Assembly: GCF_009914755.1 (NCBI RefSeq)
Contig: NC_060933.1
DNA: 64,000 bases
Direction: 5' to 3' (one strand)
DNA from: the human T2T-CHM13v2.0 reference genome, Homo sapiens
Positions 1-11,639 of this stretch are shown here, in pieces. Both the position numbers and the translations under genes were made by a program. Below the pieces are notes generated by a model. That model saw only the letters and a list, made by a program, of their open reading frames with translations, was not told where the DNA came from and did no database searches. Position 1 is the first letter of the stretch; every line of letters begins with the position of its first letter.

Positions 1-94
1 AACCTTGAGATGGCCCAGGGGAGCCCTTGCTTCCCAGATTGCCTGGGACTGTGTTCTGGCTTCCCAAGGAAAAAGTCAGTGCATTCTTTGACCT

Positions 95-375
95 CAGACA
101 TCCATTCTAGGAGTTTGTCCCCAGCTAGCTAGACTTGTCAACAATCACAAGAAAACCTACAATGAGTTTCACTATGGTGGCATGAGAACAAAAGATTGAA
201 AACGATCTGTGTCCTCCAATAGCAGCAGTAAATAATTTATGCTCCTTTTACCCAATGGAACACCATGCTGCTGATGAAGAGGCAGAGGCAGATCCAAACA
301 TCCTGATAGGGACCAGTGACCAGGATGTATTGTGAGGTGGAAAAGACTAGGTGCAGACAGAGTTCAACACATGCT
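95..375 (+). mobile_element. Old L1M (L1ME-like) ORF2/3' end fragment
   Basis: ccattctaggagtttgtcc and caatggaacaccatgctgc resemble degenerate L1M 3' motifs; boundaries approximate. Confidence 0.55.
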
Positions 376-399
376 GCATTGCATCAAGCCATGCAAATC

Positions 400-1025
400 C
401 CTATTTTTCACTTTCATGTAAATGGAGTCATACATTATGGAATCCGCTGTATCTGGCTTCTTTTCCTCAACACGATTTTTCTGAGATTCATCCCTGTTGC
501 TGCATGTGTCAGCAGTTGGCTCCTCTTTGTTGCTGGGTGCACTGTGTGGGTGCACTCCACTTTATCTAGTCTCCTGCTGATGGGAAACTAAGTCGTTTCC
601 AACATGGGAGAATTCTTAACAAAGTTTCTATGAACATTTTATACAAGTCTTTGGATGGATAGGTGATTTCATTTCTTCTAGGCCAATGCTTGGGAGCCGA
701 TTGCTGAATCATGTGGTAAATATACTTTTAACTTTATGAGAAACTGCCAAACCTTTCCCAGCATGATTTTACTGTTTTACATTCCTATCAGCAATATATG
801 AGGTATGCAGTTGCTCTACACCCTTGCCTACACTTTGTATTGTCTGTTTAGTTTTAGCTATTCTGGTGGGTGTGTAGTAGTGGTATCTCATGTTGTTTTT
901 AAAGTGAGGAGCACTTTCACATTTTTGCTGACCATCAGTATATTTTCTTTTTTTAAGCCTTTTACCCATTTTTATTGGGTTATTTTTATTGAGTTGTAAT
1001 GGTTCATTATATTGGATATATTCAC
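400..1025 (-). mobile_element. Old L1M 3' region fragment
   Basis: catgtaaatggagtcatac...ctgagattcatccctgttgctgcatgt...ttttagctattctggtgggtgtgtagt are antisense L1 3' motifs. Confidence 0.75.
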
Positions 1026-1111
1026 AGTTGAGATAGAGAAAGAGATCAATTTTATAGATCTTTTCAAATAACCAACTTTCCATTTCATTGATTTGCTCTA
1101 TTTTTGTTCAC

Positions 1112-1479
1112 TTTTTATTTTATTATTTTAGATTCAGGGGGTACATGTGCATGTTTATTACATGGGTATATTACATACTGGTGGGGATTGGGCTTCTACT
1201 GCACCCATTATCCAAACAGTGAACCTTGAACGTGATAGGTAATTTTTCAACCCTTGTTCCCCCTCTCATCCTCTCCACTTTTGGAACCCTCAGTGTCTAT
1301 TATTTCCATCTTTATGTCCATGTGTACCCATTGTTTAGCTCCCAGTTCAAAGTGATACCATGTGGTATTTGATTTTCTGTTTTTGAGTTAGTTCACTTAG
1401 GATAATGGCCTCCAGCTCCATCCATGTTGCTACAAAAGGCATGAGTCCATTCTTCTTTATGGCTGCATAGTATTCTGTG

Positions 1480-1519
<40 letters not shown>

Positions 1520-2155
1520 CACTTTCTTTATCCAGTCAATCATTAGTGAACACTTAAAAGTTGGTTCTATGACTTTGCTATTGTGAATAGCGCTGCAGTC
1601 AATGAACATATAAGTGCAAGTGTCTTTTTTTAACATAATGATTTGCTTTGGGTAGTTACCCAGTAGTGGGATTGCTGGCTCAAATGGCAGTTCTATTTTT
1701 AGTTCTTTGAGAAATCTCCATACTGTTTTCCATACAGGCTGAACTAATTTACATTTCTACCAGTGGTGTATAAACTTTCCTTTTTCTGTGCATTTACACC
1801 AGCATCTGTTTGTGGTTTTTTTTTTTTTTTTTTTTTGACTTTTTAATTAATAGCCATTCTGACTGGTGTAAGATGATATTTCGTTGCGATTTTAATTTGC
1901 ATTTCTCTGGTAATTAGTGATGAGTATTTTTTCATGTGTTAGTTGGCCACTTGTATTTCTTCTTTTGAGAAATGTCTATTCATGTCCTTTGCCTAGTTTT
2001 TAATGAGGCTTTTTTTTCTTATTGAGTTGTTTAAGTCCCTGTAGATTCTGTATATTAGTACTTTGTTGGAGGCATAATCTGCAAATACTTTCTTCCATTT
2101 TATAGGTCATCTGTTTACTCTTTATTTTATTTATTTATTTATTTTTTGCTTTGCA
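1112..2155 (-). mobile_element. 5'-truncated L1PA(old)/L1PB-type element nested in L1M
   Basis: T-rich tail followed by gattcagggggtacatgtgcatgtttattacatgggtata; ORF2 3' motifs tagccattctgactggtgtaagatg. Confidence 0.85.
1481..1517. repeat. (TG)n microsatellite
   Basis: About 18 TG units seen directly. Confidence 0.97.
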
Positions 2156-4759
2156 GTATTTCATTGATTTCTGTTCTTATCTTTATTTCCTTCTTTCTAT
2201 TTTGAATTTGATCTCTTCTTTTTCTGGATTCTTAAGTTGGTTACTTAGATAATTGATTTTAGGCCTTTCTTCTTTGCTAATATAAGCATGTAAAGCTATA
2301 AATTTCCCTTTAAGCACAACTTTACCTGCATTCCACAAATTTTGATATGTTCTGTTTTAATTTCATTAGTTCAGAACATTTTCTAATTTCCCTTGTGATT
2401 TCCTCTTTGATCTGTAGGCTATAGAAATGTGCCACATTTAAATATTTGAGGGTTTCCTTAGTATCTTATTGTTATAGATTTCTAATTTAACTCTGTTAAG
2501 GCTAGAAAACATATCCTATATGCTTTAAATTATTTTACTTTATTAAGACTTGTTTTGGTGAATGTTCCAAGTACACTTGGAAAAAATGCATATTTCCAAT
2601 ATAGTTTTCTGTAAATGTCAATTTGGTTAACTGGTTCTTAATGTTGTTCAATTGTTCTATATCTTTACATAATTATTTTTTAATCAGTTACTTAGAAAGG
2701 AAGGTTAACTCTCCAACTATGTTTGTTAATTCTATTTGTCATTAGTTTTGTCATTTAGTTCTGTCAAAATGCTTCTCTGCATTTTGAGTGTCTGTTATTA
2801 GTTGTGTTTGTGTTTAGCATCAATATGTCTTTTTATAGAATTAACTCTTAGCATTATAAATTGATTCTCTTTCTCTGGTTTTCATGTCTTTTACATTTTC
2901 CCATAGTTACCATTCCTGACATTCCTCATTTCTTCATACAAGTCTGTTTCCACCTGATGTCATTCCTTTTCAATTCAAAGAAACTTCTTTTAACATTTCT
3001 AGTAGGTCAAATCTACTGGTTATGAATTCTCTCAGCTTTTGTTCATAAGAAAATATCTTTATTTTTCCTTTATTTTTAAGGGGTGTTTTTGCAGTCTGTA
3101 GAATTCTAAATTGACAAGTTTTTTTTTTCTTTTAGAATTTCAGAGATATCATTCTATTGACTTGCCTTATTTCTGATACTCAGCAGTGTTTTGGTGTTTT
3201 TTTGTTAAGTCTTTGGCTACCCCATATTATAATTGTGTCTTTTGCCTGGCTGAAATGTTTCTCTTTAACTTTGCTTTTTAGCCATCTGAATATGATGAGT
3301 CCTGGTATGGTTTTCTTTCTATTTATCCTGCTGGAATTTAATTGAGCTTCTTGCATCTGTGGGGTTTATAGTTTTTATCCAATTTCAAACATTTTCTCCA
3401 ATATTTCTTCAAATAGTTTTTCCTGTCCCAATCTCTTGCTGCTTCTTTTGGGACCTCAGCTGCATGCATGTTAGACTGATTGACATTGTCCCACATATCT
3501 CTGAGGCTCTAGATTGTTTTTTTCTGGTCTCTTCCCCCTGTATGCTTCATTTTGAATAGCTTCTATTGCCTTGTCTTCAAGTTCAAGCCTGGTCCTTTCT
3601 TCTGACGTGTCCAAATTTCACTTTGCAAATATGTTATTTATCAGTTCTTGAATTTCCACTTGATCCATTTCTGTAGTTTCAGTTTCTCTACTGAGATTTC
3701 TCATTTGTTCACTCATTGTGTCCATTCCCCTCTTTAAATTCTTGAGCATAGTATAACTGATTACTTAAAGTTTTTCTCTGTCAATCCAACAAACTATTTA
3801 TTTCTATCTCTTTATGTTGACTTTTTTTCCTCCTGGTTTTGGGTTCCCCTTTCCCTGTTTTTTGGTTTTGTTTTTGCATATCTGGTAATTTTTTGTTGCA
3901 TTTTAAACATTGTGGATGCTATGATATTGAGAGCCTGGGTGTTGTTTAAAGAGTGTTGACTAGTTTTCTGACAGGCACTTAGTTTACTAGAAAATGATTG
4001 GTACTTGTTAGGCTTTTTATGGTGGGCCTAGAATAGCCCTTCACACTGGCTGGGCAGAATTCCAATGTCTCCAAGAATTGTCCAGCCTCTAGAATCTCCA
4101 TTTACCTCTCAACCATCTAGCAGTGGTTCTCTGCTAAATCTCACAGAATCTCACCTTAATGCATTTGCAGCTTAGCATTCTGCTAGAGACTCAGTTCTTC
4201 TGTACAGAATTCTACTACTCTGCATAGCTTCCTCCTTCCCAGTACTCTGCCCTTCAAACTCCGTCTGCCTCAGAAGTCCCAACCTCCAGTCTTTCCTCTG
4301 CCCATGGAGCTTGCTTTGTAGGTTTATATCCCTGTGCCACAGTTTGAAAAATGCTCCCAGGCAAAAAGCCAGAGCAAATGCAGGGCTCGCCTGTGTGTTT
4401 CCTTCTCCCGAGAATCACAGCTCTGCTTTCTCTGCTGCCCAATGCTTGAAGGTAGTTGCTTCATATATATTTGGTCTAGTTTTACAGCTGCTTATGCTGC
4501 TTATGGGTAGGGTAAATCTGATACTCTGTACTCCATCGTGACCATAGCTGGAGGTACAAACTCCCTCTTTATTGTTCAAATTTTATATTTAAATTTTTCA
4601 CCTTGTGTATATATTATTTTTATATTAACTTCTTCAAATGTTGGTGTAAACATCCCCAGTGCAGGCAGTGCCTGACTTGCCTGTTCAGCTTATGCACTAC
4701 CTCCTCACAGCCTGCCAACCACTCTCCCTTTCCCTCTCCCTCTCACCAGGGGTCTGAGA

Positions 4760-4982
4760 GTTTGAAATGAACTAACCCTTGGTGTGCATACTGGCTCAGC
4801 CACTTACTAGTTCAGTGACTTTGGGTAAGCTGACTTAATCTCTCTGATCTCCAGTTTCTTACAGGCAAAATAAAGAGGATAATCCTTCCCTCATAAGACA
4901 GCTTTGAGAATTGAATGAAATTGCTCCTCTAGAGTGCCTTCTACAAGTCCATACTATCATGTAAGTGCTCAAAAATGTTTTT
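4760..4982 (+). mobile_element. MIR SINE
   Basis: ctcagccacttactag..gtgactttgggtaag..ttaatctctctga..cagtttct..taagtgctcaaaaatg. Confidence 0.8.
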
Positions 4983-5184
4983 TTATTTTTGTCCTCCCCA
5001 CTCAGTGCTACAGTAACAGAACCTTTGGTCCAGAGCCTGGGATGTTGCCTTTTGCCCACTGGAATTCCCATCTTGGAAGAGTAAGCGCAGGGGATTGTCC
5101 AGACAGCCAGGAGGCCAGCGAAGCCAAGTCCTTCAGTACAGCCTGGGAGCCTCCAGGAAGCTGTTAGGAGTTGCCATGATGGGT

Positions 5185-5345
5185 GCATTTGGACTCACAG
5201 AATCTGCCTTCCAATCTCAGTGCTGCTTCTACTCCTTTGCTACCTTAGGTATCTCATTCCTGTTAAAACTGTCTTCTTATCACAGAATGGGGAAATGTGT
5301 TCCTTGAGGATAAAAATGAGAGGTCATTTATTAACATGCTTGGGA
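5185..5345 (+). mobile_element. MIR fragment
   Basis: ttggactcacag...ctaccttaggt...agaatggggaaa...gaggataaaaatgag. Confidence 0.55.
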
Positions 5346-5454
5346 AGGATGATTTTATGTTGTTTTGTCCTTTCTGGTCTCTGCCTGTTAGCCCCCATCA
5401 TGACCTTTGTAAAATGTTAGCCTGCCCATTCCCTGGCCATGCCCCCACCCAGCT

Positions 5455-5930
5455 CCCCACTACTGACAGGACAAGGTCCAAGCTCCTCACCCAGAGCACA
5501 ACATTCTCCATAAGTTGGTCTCACTCCATCTCCAGTGACTTCTCCCTCCACTGATCTCATGTGCCTCTGCCCCCACCCTTCCAAAGCTAAACATTTTGTG
5601 TGAACACTTCTGGTTCTTTCCTGCCTTCTCAGGCTTCCACAATATGTTTTACCACACAGAAAAAATTCCCTCCAATGTCCATCTGACAAGCTCCTATTCA
5701 TCCTTCAAAACCCTGTTCTGATATACCATGCTCCATTCTGCCCTCTGATAAGCCAGGCAAAGTGAGTCATTCCTCTTCTTTGCCACCCTTGGCCCTTCCT
5801 TCTCATGGTCATCACAGCAATCCTGCTGAAAGGGAACTATGAGGTTATTTATCAATCTTTCCCTCTACTGTGAGCCCATTGAGAAAAGGGCCCAATATCT
5901 TTTCCATTTTCAAATGTTCAGCTGGGAACC
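5455..5930 (+). mobile_element. L2 fragment
   Basis: aggacaaggtccaagctcct, ctcctattcatccttcaaaac and ctactgtgagcccattgag are L2 3' motifs. Confidence 0.6.
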
Positions 5931-5966
5931 CTGACCAGGAAGGGTAGGAGAGCTGATCAGTGCATA

Positions 5967-6040
5967 ATGGATAGTGGGTAGGTAGATGGGTAAGTGGATG
6001 ATGGGTGGATGGATAGGTGGATGATGGATGGGTGGGTGGA
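5967..6040. repeat. Degenerate (GGAT/GGGT)n simple repeat
   Basis: tggatagtgggtaggtagatgggtaagtggatgatgggtggatggatagg. Confidence 0.8.
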
Positions 6041-6714
6041 TATGTCAATGTGGGAGTTAATTAATGTTTATTCTATTTGCCTATCTGTCTTCCTCCTTTG
6101 AATCTTAGGTCTTTGAAGACAGGTCCATACCTTGGGTGTTTGTATTTGGACAACCACAGACATTGCCAAGAAATGTATCTGTTCTACTTGCACACCTTCA
6201 CCACCTGGATACTGCTTGAGGACACAGATCTGGTCCATCAGATTTCTCTCTGTACTCCTCTCTATATTTCGCCATATTTGATATAGACCCATCAATGGCT
6301 CCCTAGAATAAAATCTCAACTCTTCACTGTGCCCACAGCCCCAGTGACCTTGCCACTTCCATCAGAGCCCTCACACCAGTGCCCAGACATACAGACTGAC
6401 CTCCTGACCATCCCCCAGATGTGCTAAGGCCGGTTCTGCTTCTGGACTTCTGAACAGACATGTTTGGTAAACCCAAACATTTCAGATGGTGAATAGCTCT
6501 GAAAGCAAAGTAAGACAGGGTAGGGCAGGAAGGACTTCCAGCAAAGTCACCCCAGGCTGGCCCCTTTCTCCCTCTAGAGCAGGAAACCCTTCCTGCAGGA
6601 CTCAGCTCAGGACCCAGTGATAGAGGTGCCCAAGGTCAGGGGAGGAGTGTGGAATGATGAGGGGCAGAGGGTGCTGCCAGCCATGGTGGGGAGGTGGTGG
6701 AAAGGTCATGTGCT

Positions 6715-7110
6715 TATTTGTTTGTGTATTTGCTAGGATTTTATTAAGCACCTACTATGTATCATGCACCTACTGTTCAGGCACTGAGAGCAATGCGGTG
6801 AACAAATCAGCTAAGTCCCTGCCTTCAGGAGCTTACTGTGCTGTGGGGGAAACACAGTAAACACTCAAGCCAGTCAGCACTGTGCATAATATTATGTCAA
6901 ACTGAGGTCAGGGCTGGGAAGAAAACAAATGTGCAGTGGCATTGTGACAATGGCCAGGGACCTCTGAGGGGAGAAGGAGCTGGCCCTGCAGTGATGGGTT
7001 AAGGGTGTCCCAGGCAGAGGAAACAGCAAGTGCAAAGGCCCTGAGGCAGGAACAGGGAACTCAAAGTGGTGGCTGGGGTGTGGGAGTGGGGGAAGGACAG
7101 GAAATGAGAG
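6715..7110 (-). mobile_element. L2 3' end
   Basis: tttattaagcacctactatgt...gtgaacaaa...ccctgccttcaggagcttac...ccaggcagaggaaacagcaagtgcaaaggccctgaggcagg. Confidence 0.85.
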
Positions 7111-8139
7111 AACAGAAGAGGCCCGAAGTCCCCTGTGGTCTGATGTGCCCAAAAAGTATGGTAAATGGGTGCTAGACTTGAAAAAGGAGGGCATTTCACA
7201 TCAAAAGCCAGATGCCCAGCTTCTTCTAAACACTGGTATTACTGGCATCTCTGAGCCTGTAAATTGGTCAAGAGTCTCGCTCCCGCCCCTGCTGGGCTAG
7301 GCAGGTGCCTCAGCCCTGTAGCTGGGGTAAGACCTATGCACCAGGCCTGGTATTTGTACCCACACCCCTGCCGGACTCTCCGTGGGTTTCGTTTGAACCC
7401 TGCACCTCACACACACCTGCGTCAAGCCCTCCCTGGCCCCCACAGGAGAGAGGCCCATCACTCCCCCTGCACCCCATCCTCCAGGTACAGACTCCAGCCT
7501 GGCCCCTAACAGGGCCCTCGTTTCAGACTTCTTGCCAGCTGCCTCTCCTGGTCCTCTGCTCAGCTTAGCTGTGCTGGGTGCCTCCTTGGGCCCTAGAGGG
7601 AGCCACCTCAAGCCCAATTCACTCTTAGAGGGGCCTTGGCACAGCCTGGGCAAAGGTAATGAGAGAGCCCTGGAGGTAGGGGGTCCATCCTGCCCTCCCA
7701 TCCCAGAAAAGCTTGGCCACCCTTCCTGGTTGGAGCCAGCCTTCCTGGACTCCCCCCGCCCCGCCACCTGACTGACACCCACAGCCTCTGATGCTATCTC
7801 CATTGCATTCCCTCATTTCATTCTCATGGCAACCCAGGAAGCAGTGCTTTGGTGTCCTCATCTTAGAGGGGAAGGGCAGAAGCCCTTCGAGAGACAGTTC
7901 TGTCTGTCGTCTGTGTCCCCTCTGGGACTGGTACCTCAGCCACTGAGTGAGGCTGCTGCATGTAGGGCCATCCCAGCCTGGGGGTCCCAGCCCCTGCACC
8001 TGCCCTCAGAGCTGCATGGCCCTGTTTAGGGATCCAGCCCCCAGACACCCCGGGCTACCATCCTGTGACTTGGGGATTCAGACACATCACCCCACACCAA
8101 AGCGATGGCCTCAAACAGCCCCTCATCCCCAGCGGCCAG

Positions 8140-8600
8140 GGCGGCCCGTGAGCAGGTCATTAAAACCGAGTAGACTTTATAAACTTGGGCTTAATGTTAA
8201 GTACATAAGAAAATCTCTGTAATTTCCCGCCGGGCAATGGGGATGTTGTCTGGTTCCTACAGGCCATAATTTTTGGGGAGAAAAACGTTTTTTTCCCCAC
8301 AAATGATGGGAAGTCGGTAGTTACGGTTACGGCTGGCTGTTGATGTTGGGAAGCTGTTCTGATGCCCAGAATCCCACCTACCTCAGCTAAATGGTATCTT
8401 TATGAAATTAGCAGAACGCGGCTGCACAGAGGGGAGGCAAAAAAAAAAAAAAAAAAAAAAAATGAACTTTCAAATTTTAAGTATAATTGGAAAACTGACC
8501 TTTGGAAAATATTTTCCCACCCGATCCCCACGCTGAGGAAGAATGGGTGCTTTATGCCGAGGTGAACAGGCGACCTTGAGGAATTAGCTGCCTTCATCTG
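8140..8600. promoter_or_regulatory. Candidate conserved non-coding enhancer island
   Basis: Repeat-free AT-rich island in GC-rich DNA with retained CpGs; AGGTCA 8154, TTTCCCGC 8223-8230, TTTATGA 8399-8405, TAAT/ATTA cores; A24 run at 8439-8462. Confidence 0.5.
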
Positions 8601-8819
8601 GAGGGGGAAGTGAAGTTGTGACTGGTTGCCGGGTCCCTCCGTGTGTCCTCGGGTTACAGGGTTTGTGGTCACTGACCCAGGAGGGGCTGGCAGTGCTGAG
8701 GCCAACCCTGGGCTGGGGTCTGAGGACCAGTGTGGACACTCCTGGAGCCCGGCACCCTCCTGGCCATTAGCCGTGAAGCCCAGGCTGTCCCTCTTGGGTG
8801 GGCACCCTGGTGTACTGAG

Positions 8820-9400
8820 CACGCAGCCCGGGGAGCGGCGGCGCTACGGGAAGCAAAGGATTGCACAAATCGGGCCATGCAGTGCTGCCAGCATGCAAAC
8901 AGGGGGAGGCGGCGTGACACGGAGGGGGTGATCAACCCACGTGGGTCGAGCCTGGAGCCTAGCGGAGGGCGGGGCGGGGCCGCTGGGGGGCAGGATCCAG
9001 CAGGGGCGTCTGTCCCCAGGCCCTAAGGCAGGAGCCGGGGCGGTGCGGAGGGCCGGGGCAGCGCGGCGAGCCTGGAGCTAAGTCGCTGGGGAGGTGGGAA
9101 AGGGCCCGGGCATCCAGGCCTGAGGCCTGAGAGGGCAGCGGTCGGGACCCTCGGGCAATGAGAGCAAGGGAGAGTCCATCCGAGAGGACACGTCCGCGGT
9201 TTGCTGCAAAAAGCCCCCTTTGGCTGCTGCGTGGAGGGAGGCTCCGGAGAGCGTGGAATCAGAGGTGTGGAGGCGGGGCAGGGGCTGCCAGGGGGCGGTG
9301 GCTGAGGGGACTGAGAGCATGGACAGGCTCCTGAGTGCTGGGTGGTCCCGCGGAAAGTGCCTGGGGCTCTGCAGGGCTCTCAAGAGACCGCGTGCGGCCT
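8820..9400. promoter_or_regulatory. CpG-island-like region with GC boxes and a palindromic E-box (orphan promoter/enhancer)
   Basis: High GC and CpG density; GGGCGGGGCGGGGC at 8967-8980; ACCCACGTGGGT at 8935-8946. Confidence 0.7.
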
Positions 9401-10399
9401 GGGGGCCTGGCTCTGGGGGCTGCCATCCGGGATCAGAAAATGTCCCAGAGGAGAGGTTGGGGTGTGCCAACACAGAGTGAGCCGTGCACTGGCTTGGGAC
9501 TGAAGGAACTTGAGGTGCCTTTGATACTCGTATGTGGGGATGCCAAGAAGGTGTCCATTGGGCTTCCAGGACCTGCCCGGCTGTGCACTTGGTGCTGGGG
9601 GCTCCAAACCCAAACGAGTAAGACAAACGCTTAGCAACTTGGCAAAAGTCTATTGGAGCCTTGAATGCGTGGTTACATCCACCCTGAGCCTCAGTTTCCA
9701 CGGCTATAAAATGGGGTAATCGCAGGGGAGGAAGAAACTACAGGCTGTGGGTTTGGGGATCCCTGATGTCCCCTTTCTTGCCCAGGACCTGTGGCATCTG
9801 CCCACTACTGGCTGCGGAGCTTGGCCATCCTGGCATGTTTTGATCCTCCCTCTACAACCCTCTGGGGCAGACTGTTTGCTATGAAGGATGCAGAGGTGAG
9901 TCTCCAACAGCTGAAGTCACAGTGACCAGAATAGTGGCCCTTTGTGGACAGAACCTTGTCAGGGCCCCCATCCCGGAGTCGCCTCTGTCCCCTGCTCCCA
10001 GCTGTGACTTGGGCCCATTATGCCACCTGAAAACTGTCTTGCCTGTTCCATTGGGGACAAACTGAAGCTCCAGGCTCTGCAGTTGGCTCAGAAGCGGTTT
10101 CAAGAAGGAATGTTGCTGTGAGGCTGTCCTGGGGCCTCTGCAGGAAGGAGCCCACCAGCTCCTCCTGGAGGTAGGAGGGCAGGCAGCCAGACCTCTCCCC
10201 AAATTTGGAGGCCTGGCCCCTGGTATCTAAAGCTGTTTCCAGCTCCTGCAGTGATAGTGCCATTCCTTTGAGTGGGTTTTCCCCACCAGCATGCATCCCC
10301 TGGTGGCCTTGTCCTTCCTGTAGCGTCCTCTGGGCCCATCCTGATCCCCCAGGCTCTGGGGTTTATCAAGGACTCATGGGCCTCACTGTGCACAGCCTG

Positions 10400-10590
10400 C
10401 TCTGTGCCTGTTACTGGGTGCCATGCTGTAGAATCCACTGCCCCCTTTCCATAACCTTATGAGAGAGGGATACCATTGGTCCTGTTTTCCAATGAGGAAC
10501 CCAGAGAGCAGAGACCTTCCCAGTGCCAACAGAAAGTGAGAGGAGGAGCAGGGGTGGACTCCTGCTGCCTGGCTACCCTCTGAAGCTAGT
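10400..10590 (-). mobile_element. MIR
   Basis: cataaccttatgagagagg...ctgttttccaatgaggaacccagag...cccagtgccaacagaaagt. Confidence 0.65.
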
Positions 10591-10677
10591 CTAGCTCTTG
10601 GCATGCCTGGGGGCCAGGTACCTCCAAACCACGTCAGGCCAGAGTCTCAGCTTACTGCAACGCAAAAGATGTGCCTT

Positions 10678-11207
10678 TGTGTCCAGAGTTGGTTCTTTCC
10701 GGTGGGTCCTTGGTCTCGCTGACTTCAAGAATGAAGCCACGGATCTTCGCGGTGTTACAGCTTTTAAAGGTGGCACGGACCCAAAGAGTGAGCAACAGCA
10801 AAAGAACAAAGCTTCCACAGCATGAAAATTGACCCCAGAGGGTTGCCGGCTGATAGCTGCGGGGGGGGGGGGGAGGGGAAGGTGGTGGTGGTGGCGGCCA
10901 GCTTTTATTCCCTTATTTGTCCCCACCCACATCCTGCTGATTGCCCATTTTACAGAGAGCTGATTGGCCCATTTTACAGAGTGCTGACTGGTCCATTTTA
11001 CAGTGCTGATTGGTCCATTTTACAAACCTCTAGCTAGCCACAGAGCACTGATTGGTGCGTTTTACAATCCTAGCTACAGAGTGCTGATTGGTGCGTTTTA
11101 CAATCCTAGCTACAGAGTGCTGATTGGTGCATTTTACAATCCTCTTGTAAGACCAAAGTTCTCTGAGTCCCCACCTGACCCAGAAATCCAGCTGGCTTCA
11201 CCTCTCA
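10678..11207 (-). mobile_element. Solo LTR12-family (ERV9) LTR, short LTR12F-like form
   Basis: TG...CA termini (tgtgtccagag ... cacctctca), 4-bp TSD CCTT at 10674-10677 and 11208-11211, tandem gctgattgg (CCAAT) units, tctcgctgacttcaagaatgaagcc. Confidence 0.93.
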
Positions 11208-11639
11208 CCTTCAGTGGGGGACGAAGGGGGGTGTGGTGTGATACAACAGCTTCGTGACTTCAGCTACTTGGTTTGCAAAGTGCCTGGGATAGGAAGTGAG
11301 GAGCAGGCAGCAGGTGCTGGACCCAGGGAGCACAGCGGGTTCTCTTGCCTCTCTCCAATACCCTAATCCTGGGAAGTCTGATTGGCTGAGGTAGCAATGT
11401 GGTAGCAGCAGGTACAACACTCAACTAGTGCCACCTGTGTCCTGGGAACTGTTAGAAACTCTTGGTACCCTCTGTCGCAGCTCCCTGCAATGTAGGTGCC
11501 ATCATCACTGTACTTACAGATGGGGAAGCAGGGGCGCCCAGTCAGGTTTGAGGGTGCATAAGGCCCTGCCTCCCAGCCTGGGAAGCTAGGGAAAAGAGGG
11601 GCCCATGGGCAGATTTCTTAGGCCTGTCCTCTTTGGAAG

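Larger units (their letters stand above)
1040..4560 (-). mobile_element. Old L1M 5' portion (ORF2 5' end, ORF1, 5'UTR), decayed and interrupted by a younger L1
   Basis: aaagctataaatttccctttaagcac (antisense ORF2), tctcagcttttgtt...gtagaattcta (antisense ORF1), ends at actccatcgtgacc like an L1M 5' terminus. Confidence 0.75.

Noticed and set aside
1083-2170. TTTCATTGATTT on both sides of the nested L1, as an apparent TSD
   Set aside because: The first copy lies ~20 bp from the junction, and as I recall the motif is natively repeated in the host L1M sequence.
7264-10462. Long overlapping ORFs (up to 207 aa) near the CpG island
   Set aside because: They are Pro/Gly/Ala-rich, open in several frames on both strands, mostly start at non-ATG codons, and show no recognisable domain or splice structure. 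This is expected in GC-rich DNA.
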